DNA from: Auanema rhodensis
Taxonomy: Eukaryota; Animalia; Nematoda
Direction of reading: 5' to 3'
DNA: 64,000 nucleotides
Assembly: GCA_964057225.1 (NCBI GenBank)
Contig: OZ059894.1
Span: forward strand, 434,001-498,000
Position numbers and translations under genes: made by a program. Position 1 is the stretch's first letter, and every line of letters begins with the position of its first letter. This document shows, piece by piece, positions 55,101-64,000 of this stretch. The notes under the pieces are model-generated. The model saw only the letters and a program-made list of their open reading frames with translations. It ran no database searches and was not told the origin of the DNA.

Positions 55101-58100
55101 AGTCATGGTTACCATGTACCAATATCAATAAAAATTTGTTTTTAGACTAATATGGACATGGGGAATCTAATTTTGAAAACCGCATCTCTTCATCTTTCAC
55201 GTGAAGCGAGTTACATACCAAGTGCACATCACGAGTACATTTAATTAGCATAAATTAAAGTTCACGTAAATTTCAAAGTCATGGTTACCATGAACCAATA
55301 TCAATAAAAATTTGTTTTTAGACTAATATGGACATGGGGAATCTAATTTTGAAAACCGCATCTCTTTATCTTTCACGTGAAGCGAGTTACAGACCAAGTG
55401 CACATTACGTGTACATTTAATTAGCATAAATTAAAGTTCACGTAAATTTCAAAGTCATGGTTACCATGAACCAATATCAATAAAAATTTGTTTTTAGACT
55501 AATATGGACATGGGGAATCTAATTTTGAAAACCGCATCTCTTTATCTTTCACGTGAAGCAAGTTACATACCAAGTGCACATCACGTGTACATTTAATTAG
55601 CATAAATTAAAGTTCACGTAAATTTCAAAGTCATGGTTACCATGCACCAATATCAATAAAAATTTGTTTTTAGACTAATATGGACATGGGGAATCTAATT
55701 TTGAAAACCGCATCTCTTTATCTTTCACGTGAAGCGAGTTACAGACCAAGTGCACATTACGTGTACATTTAATTAGCATAAATTAAAGTTCACGTAACCT
55801 TCAAAGTCATGGTTACCATGAACCAATATCAATAAAAATTTGTTTTTAGACTAATATGGACATGGGGAATCTAATTTTGAAAACCGCATCTCTTTATCTT
55901 TCACGTGAAGCGAGTTACATACCAAGAGCACATCACGTGTACATTTAATTAGCATAAATTAAAGTTCACGTAACCTTCAAAGTCATGGTTACCATGAACC
56001 AATATCAATAAAAATTTGTTTTTAGACTAATATGGACATGGGGAATCTAATTTTGAAAACCGCATCTCTTTATCTTTCACGTGAAGCGAGTTACATACCA
56101 AGTGCACATCACGTGTACATTTAATTAGCATAAATTAAAGTTCACGTAAATTTCAAAGTCATGGTTACCATGCACCAATATCAATAAAAATTTGTTTTTA
56201 GACTAATATGGACATGGGGAATCTAATTTTGAAAACCGCATCTCTTTATCTTTCACGTGAAGCGAGTTACATACCAAGTGCACATCACGTGTACATTTAA
56301 TTAGCATAAATTAAAGTTCACGTAAATTTCAAAATCATGGTTACCATGAACCAATATCAATAAAAATTTGTTTTTAGACTAATATGGACATGGGGATTCT
56401 AATTTTGAAAACCGCATCTCTTTATCTTTCACGTGAAGCGAGTTACAGACCAAGTGCACATTACGTGTACATTTAATTAGCATAAATTAAAGTTCACGTA
56501 AATTTCAAAGTCATGGTTACCATGAACCAATATCAATAAAAATTTGTTTTTAGACTAATATGGACATGGGGAATCTAATTTTGAAAACCGCATCTCTTTA
56601 TCTTTCACGTGAAGCGAGTTACATACCAAGTGCACATCACGTGTACATTTAATTAGCATAAATTAAAGTTCACGTAAATTTCAAAGTCATGGTTACCATG
56701 CACCAATATCAATAAAAATTTGTTTTTAGACTAATATGGACATGGGGAATCTAATTTTGAAAACCGCATCTTTTTATCTTTTACGTGAAGCGAGTTACAT
56801 ACCAAGTGCACATCACGTGTACATTTAATTAGCATAAATTAAAGTTCACGTAATTTTCAAAGACATGGTTACCATGAACCAATATCAATAAAAATTTGTT
56901 TTTAGACTAATATGGACATGGGGAATCTAATTTTGAAAACCGCATCTCTTTATCTTTCACGTGAAGCGAGTTACATACCAAGTGCACATCACGTGTACAT
57001 TTAATTAGCATAAATTAAAGTTCACGTAAATTTCAAAGTCATGGTTACCATGAACCAATATCAATAAAAATTTGTTTTTAGACTAATATGGACATGGGGA
57101 ATCTAATTTTGAAAACCGCATCTCTTTATCTTTCACGTGAAGCGAGTTACAGACCAAGTGCACATTACGTGTACATTTAATTAGCATAAATTAAAGTTCA
57201 CGTAAATTTCAAAGTCATGGTTACCATGAACCAATATCAATAAAAATTTGTTTTTAGACTAATATGGACATGGGGAATCTAATTTTAAAAACCGCATCTT
57301 TTTATCTTTCACGTGAAGCGAGTTACATACCAAGTGCACATCACGAGTACATTTAATTAGCATAAATTAAAGTTCACGTAAATTTCAAAGACATGGTTAC
57401 CATGCACCAATATCAATAAAAATTTGTTTTTAGACTAATATGGACATGGGGAATCTAATTTTGAAAACCGCATCTCTTTATCTTTCACGTGAAGCGAGTT
57501 ACATACCAAGTGCACATCACGTGTACATTTAATTAGCATAAATTAAAGTTCACGTAAATTTCAAAGTCATGGTTACCATGCACCAATATCAATAAAAATT
57601 TGTTTTTAGACTAATATGGACATGGGGAATCTAATTTTGAAAACCGCATCTCTTTATCTTTCACGTGAAGCGAGTTACATACCAAGTGCACATCAGGTGT
57701 ACATTTAATTAGCATAAATTAAAGTTCACGTAATTTTCAAAGACATGGTTACCATGAACCAATATCAATAAAAATTTGTTTTTAGACTAATATGGACATG
57801 GGGAATCTAATTTTGAAAACCGCATCTCTTTATCTTTCACGTGAAGCGAGTTACATACCAAGTGCACATCACGTGTAAATTTAATTAGCATAAATTAAAG
57901 TTCACGTAAATTTCAAAGTCATGGTTACCATGAACCAATATCAATAAAAATTTGTTTTTAGACTAATATGGACATGGGGAATCTAATTTTGAAAACCGCA
58001 TCTCTTTATCTTTTACGTGAAGCGAGTTACATACCAAGTGCACTTCACGTGTACATTTAATTAGCATAAATTAAAGTTCACGTAATTTTCAAAGACATGG

Positions 58101-61100
58101 TTACCATGCACCAATATCAATAAAAATTTGTTTTTAGACTAATATGGACATGGGGAATCTAATTTTGAAAACCGCATCTCTTTATCTTTCACGTGAAGCG
58201 AGTTACATACCAAGTGCACATCACGTGTACATTTAATTAGCATAAATTAAAGTTCACGTAAATTTCAAAGTCATGGTTACCATGAACCAATATCAATAAA
58301 AATTTGTTTTTAGACTAATATGGACATGGGGAATCTAATTTTGAAAACCGCATCTCTTTATCTTTCACGTGAAGCAAGTTACATACAAAGTGCACATCAC
58401 GTGTACATTTAATTAGCATAAATTAAAGTTCACGTAAATTTCAAAGTCATGGTTACCATGCACCAATATCGATAAAAATTTGTTTTTAGACTAATATGGA
58501 CATGGGGAATCTAATTTTGAAAACCGCATCTCTTTATCTTTCACGTGAAGCGAGTTACATACCAAGTGCACATCACGTGTACATTTAATTAGCATAAATT
58601 AAAGTTCACGTAAATTTCAAAGTCATGGTTACCATGAACCAATATCAATAAAAATTTGTTTTTAGACTAATATGGACATGGGGAATCTAATTTTGAAAAC
58701 CGCATCTCTTTATCTTTCACGTGAAGCGAGTTACAGACCAAGTGCACATTACGTGTACATTTAATTAGCATAAATTAAAGTTCACGTAAATTTCAAAGTC
58801 ATGGTTACCATGAACCAATATCAATAAAAATTTGTTTTTAGACTAATATGGACATGGGGAATCTAATTTTGAAAACCGCATCTTTTTATCTTTCACGTGA
58901 AGCGAGTTACATACCAAGTGCACATCACGTGTACATTTAATTAGCATAAATTAAAGTTCACGTAAATTTCAAAGTCATGGTTACCATGCACCAATATCAA
59001 TAAAAATTTGTTTTTAGACTAATATGGACATGGGGAATCTAATTTTGAAAACCGCATCTTTTTATCTTTCACGTGAAGCGAGTTACATACCAAGTGCACA
59101 TCACGTGTACATTTAATTAGCATAAATTAAAGTTCACGTAAATTTCAAAGTCATGGTTACCATGCACCAATATCAATAAAAATTTGTTTTTAGACTAATA
59201 TGGACATGGGGAATCTAATTTTGAAAACCGCATCTTTTTATCTTTCACGTGAAGCGAGTTACATACCAAGTGCACATCACGTGTACATTTAATTAGCATA
59301 AATTAAAGTTCACGTAATTTTCAAAGACATGGTTACCATGAACCAATATCAATAAAAATTTGTTTTTGGACTAATATGGACATGGGGAATCTAATTTTGA
59401 AAACCGCATCTCTTTATCTTTCACGTGAAGCGAGCTACATACCAAGTGCACATCACGTGTACATTTAATTAGCATAAATTAAAGTTCACGTAAATTTCAA
59501 AGTCATGGTTACCAAGAACCAATATCGATAAAAATTTGTTTTTAGACTAATATGGACATGGGGAATCTAATTTTGAAAACCGCATCTTTTTATCTTTCAC
59601 GTGAAGCGAGTTACATACCAAGTGCACATCACGTGTACATTTAATTAGCATAAATTAAAGTTCACGTAAATTTCAAAGTCATGGTTACCATGCACCAATA
59701 TCAATAAAAATTTGTTTTTAGACTAATATGGACATGGGGAATCTAATTTTGAAAACCGCATCTCTTTATCTTTCACGTGAAGCGAGTTACATACCAAGTG
59801 CACATCACGTGTACATTTAATTAGCATAAATTAAAGTTCACGTAAATTTCAAAGTCATGGTTACCATGAACCAATATCAATAAAAATTTGTTTTTAGACT
59901 AATATGGACATGGGGAATCTAATTTTGAAAACCGCATCTCTTTATCTTTCACGTGAAGCGAGTTACATACCAAGTGCACATCACGTGTACATTTAATTAG
60001 CATAAATTAAAGTTCACGTGAATTTCAAAGTCATGGTTACCATGCACCAATATCAATAAAAATTTGTTTTTAGACTAATATGGACATGGGGAATCTAATT
60101 TTGAAAACCGCATCTCTTTATCTTTCAAGTGAAGCGAGTTACATACCAAGTGCACATCACGTGTACATTTAATTAGCATAAATTAAAGTTCACGTAAATT
60201 TCAAAGTCATGGTTACCATGCACCAATATCAATAAAAATTTGTTTTTAGACTAATATGGACATGGGGAATCTAATTTTGAAAACCGCATCTCTTTATCTC
60301 TCACGTGAAGCGAGTTACATACCAATTGCACATCACGTGTACATTTAATTAGCATAAATTAAAGTTCACGTAAATTTCAAAGTCATGGTTACCATGCACC
60401 AATATCAATAAAAATTTGTTTTTAGACTAATATGGACATGGGGAATCTAATTTTGAAAACCGCATCTCTTTATCTTTCACGTGAAGCGAGTTACATACCA
60501 AGTGCACATCACGTGTACATTTAATTAGCATAAATTAAAGTTCACGTAAATTTCAAAGTCATGGTTACCATGCACCAATATCAATAAAAATTTGTTTTTA
60601 GACTAATATGGACATGGGGAATCTAATTTTGAAAACCGCATCTCTTTATCTTTCACGTGAAGCAAGTTACATACCAAGTGCACATCACGTGTACATTTAA
60701 TTAGCATAAATTAAAGTTCACGTAAATTTCAAAGTCATGGTTACCATGCACCAATATCAATAAAAATTTGTTTTTAGACTAATATGGACATGGGGAATCT
60801 AATTTTGAAAACCGCATCTCTTTATCTTTCACGTGAAGCGAGTTACAGACCAAGTGCACATTACGTGTACATTTAATTAGCATAAATTAAAGTTCACGTA
60901 ACCTTCAAAGTCATGGTTACCATGAACCAATATCAATAAAAATTTGTTTTTAGACTAATATGGACATGGGGAATCTAATTTTGAAAACCGCATCTCTTTA
61001 TCTTTCACGTGAAGCGAGTTACATACCAAGAGCACATCACGTGTACATTTAATTAGCATAAATTAAAGTTCACGTAAATTTCAAAGTCATGGTTACCATG

Positions 61101-63300
61101 AACCAATATCAATAAAAATCTGTTTTTAGACTAATATGGACATGGGGAATCTAATTTTGAGAACCGCATCTCTTTATCTTTCACGTGAAGCGAGTTACAT
61201 ACCAAGTGCACATCACGTGTACATTTAATTAGCATAAATTAAAGTTCACGTAAATTTCAAAATCATGGTTACCATGAACCAATATCAATAAAAATTTGTT
61301 TTTAGACTAATATGGACATGGGGATTCTAATTTTGAAAACCGCATCTCTTTATCTTTCACGTGAAGCGAGTTACAGACCAAGTGCACATTACGTGTACAT
61401 TTAATTAGCATAAATTAAAGTTCACGTAAATTTCAAAGTCATGGTTACCATGAACCAATATCAATAAAAATTTGTTTTTAGACTAATATGGACATGGGGA
61501 ATCTAATTTTGAAAACCGCATCACTTTATCTTTCACGTGAAGCGAGTTACAGACCAAGTGCACATTACGTGTACATTTAATTAGCATAAATTAAAGTTCA
61601 CGTAAATTTCAAAGTCATGGTTACCATGAACCAATATCAATAAAAATTTGTTTTTAGACTAATATGGACATGGGGAATCTAATTTTAAAAACCGCATCTC
61701 TTTATCTTTCACGTGAAGCGAGTTACATACCAAGTGCACATCACGAGTACATTTAATTAGCATAAATTAAAGTTCACGTAAATTTCAAAGACATGGTTAC
61801 CATGCACCAATATCAATAAAAATTTGTTTTTAGACTAATATGGACATGGGGAATCTAATTTTGAAAACCGCATCTCTTTATCTTTCACGTGAAGCGAGTT
61901 ACATACCAAGTGCACATCACGTGTACATTTAATTAGCATAAATTAAAGTTCACGTAAATTTCAAAGTCATGGTTACCATGCACCAATATCAATAAAAATT
62001 TGTTTTTAGACTAATATGGACATGGGGAATCTAATTTTGAAAACCGCATCTCTTTATCTTTCACGTGAAGCGAGTTACATACCAAGTGCACATCAGGTGT
62101 ACATTTAATTAGCATAAATTAAAGTTCACGTAATTTTCAAAGACATGGTTACCATGAACCAATATCAATAAAAATTTGTTTTTAGACTAATATGGACATG
62201 GGGAATCTAATTTTGAAAACCGCATCTCTTTATCTTTCACGTGAAGCGAGTTACATACCAAGTGCACATCACGTGTAAATTTAATTAGCATAAATTAAAG
62301 TTCACGTAAATTTCAAAGTCATGGTTACCATGAACCAATATCAATAAAAATTTGTTTTTAGACTAATATGGACATGGGGAATCTAATTTTGAAAACCGCA
62401 TCTCTTTATCTTTTACGTGAAGCGAGTTACATACCAAGTGCACATCACGTGTACATTTAATTAGCATAAATTAAAGTTCACGTAATTTTCAAAGACATGG
62501 TTACCATGCACCAATATCAATAAAAATTTGTTTTTAGACTAATATGGACATGGGGAATCTAATTTTGTAAACCGCATCTCTTTATCTTTCACGTGAAGCG
62601 AGTTACATACCAAGTGCACATCACGTGTACATTTAATTAGCATAAATTAAAGTTCACGTAAATTTCAAAGTCATGGTTACCATGAACCAATATCAATAAA
62701 AATTTGTTTTTAGACTAATATGGACATGGGGAATCTAATTTTGAAAACCGCATCTCTTTATCTTTCACGTGAAGCAAGTTACATACAAAGTGCACATCAC
62801 GTGTACATTTAATTAGCATAAATTAAAGTTCACGTAAATTTCAAAGTCATGGTTACCATGCACCAATATCGATAAAAATTTGTTTTTAGACTAATATGGA
62901 CATGGGGAATCTAATTTTGAAAACCGCATCTCTTTATCTTTCACGTGAAGCGAGTTACATACCAAGTGCACATCACGTGTACATTTAATTAGCATAAATT
63001 AAAGTTCACGTAAATTTCAAAGTCATGGTTACCATGAACCAATATCAATAAAAATTTGTTTTTAGACTAATATGGACATGGGGAATCTAATTTTGAAAAC
63101 CGCATCTCTTTATCTTTCACGTGAAGCGAGTTACAGACCAAGTGCACATTACGTGTACATTTAATTAGCATAAATTAAAGTTCACGTAAATTTCAAAGTC
63201 ATGGTTACCATGAACCAATATCAATAAAAATTTGTTTTTAGACTAATATGGACATGGGGAATCGAATTTTGAAAACCGCATCTCTTTATCTTTCACGTGA
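52200..63300 (+). repeat. Higher-order repeat with a ~25-monomer (4400-bp) period, about three partly rearranged copies
   Basis: CATCAGGTGT occurs at 53291, 57691 and 62091; TCACGAGTAC at 52941, 57341 and 61741; ACATACAAAG at 53981, 58381 and 62781. All are spaced by exactly 4400 bp. Confidence 0.9.
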
Positions 63301-64000
63301 AGCGAGTTACATACCAAGTGCACATCACGTGTACATTTAATTAGCATAAATTAAAGTTCACGTAAATTTCAAAGTCATGGTTACCATGCACCAATATCAA
63401 TAAAAATTTGTTTTTAGACTAATATGGACATGGGGAATCTAATTTTGAAAACCGCATCTCTTTATCTTTTACGTGAAGCGAGTTACATACCAAGTGCACA
63501 TCACGTGTACATTTAATTAGCATAAATTAAAGTTCACGTAATTTTCAAAGACATGGTTACCATGAACCAATATCAATAAAAATTTGTTTTTAGACTAAAA
63601 TGGACATGGGGAATCTAATTTTGAAAACCGCATCTCTTTATCTTTCACGTGAAGCGAGCTACATACCAAGTGCACATCACGTGTACATTTAATTAGCATA
63701 AATTAAAGTTCACGTAAATTTCAAAGTCATGGTTACCAAGAACCAATATCAATAAAAATTTGTTTTTAGACTAATATGGACATGGGGAATCTAATTTTGA
63801 AAACCGCATCTTTTTATCTTTCACGTGAAGCGAGTTACATACCAAGTGCACATCACGTGTACATTTAATTAGCATAAATTAAAGTTCACGTAATTTTCAA
63901 AGACATGGTTACCATGCACCAATATCAATAAAAATTTGTTTTTAGACTAATATGGACATGGGGAATCTAATTTTGTAAACCGCATCTCTTTATCTTTCAC

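Larger units (their letters stand above)
8034..64000. repeat. 176-bp satellite DNA tandem array, right segment (~318 monomers); possibly centromeric or pericentromeric
   Basis: The same monomer resumes in register at 8034 (monomer position 37; next monomer starts at 8174) and runs to the window end. A centromeric role is inferred only from the nucleosome-sized unit, the homogeneity and the higher-order structure. Confidence 0.99.

Noticed and set aside
1-64000. CRISPR array
   Set aside because: There are no unique spacers and no cas genes; the whole 176-bp unit is repeated.

Overview
This is eukaryotic heterochromatin or centromere-type DNA with no intact protein-coding or RNA genes. About 98% of the window is one head-to-tail array of roughly 358 copies of a 176-bp AT-rich satellite monomer (about 32% GC by hand count), and most copies differ from consensus at only 0-6 sites. 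The monomer is rich in dyad symmetries: two CACGTG E-boxes, a ~37-bp quasi-palindrome and a 15-bp interrupted palindrome. Diagnostic variants divide the array into four successive domains with local higher-order duplications of 3 to 67 monomers. The array is interrupted once, at 7079-8033, by a 5'-truncated non-LTR retrotransposon of CR1-group type (ORF2 C-terminus plus 3' UTR). This element is flanked by an ACGTG target-site duplication, sits inside an E-box at the foot of the satellite's quasi-palindrome, and has a complex templated 5' junction. A separate 33-bp templated duplication scar lies at 47750-47782. The CR1-like element suggests an animal host; species and centromere function cannot be determined from sequence alone.
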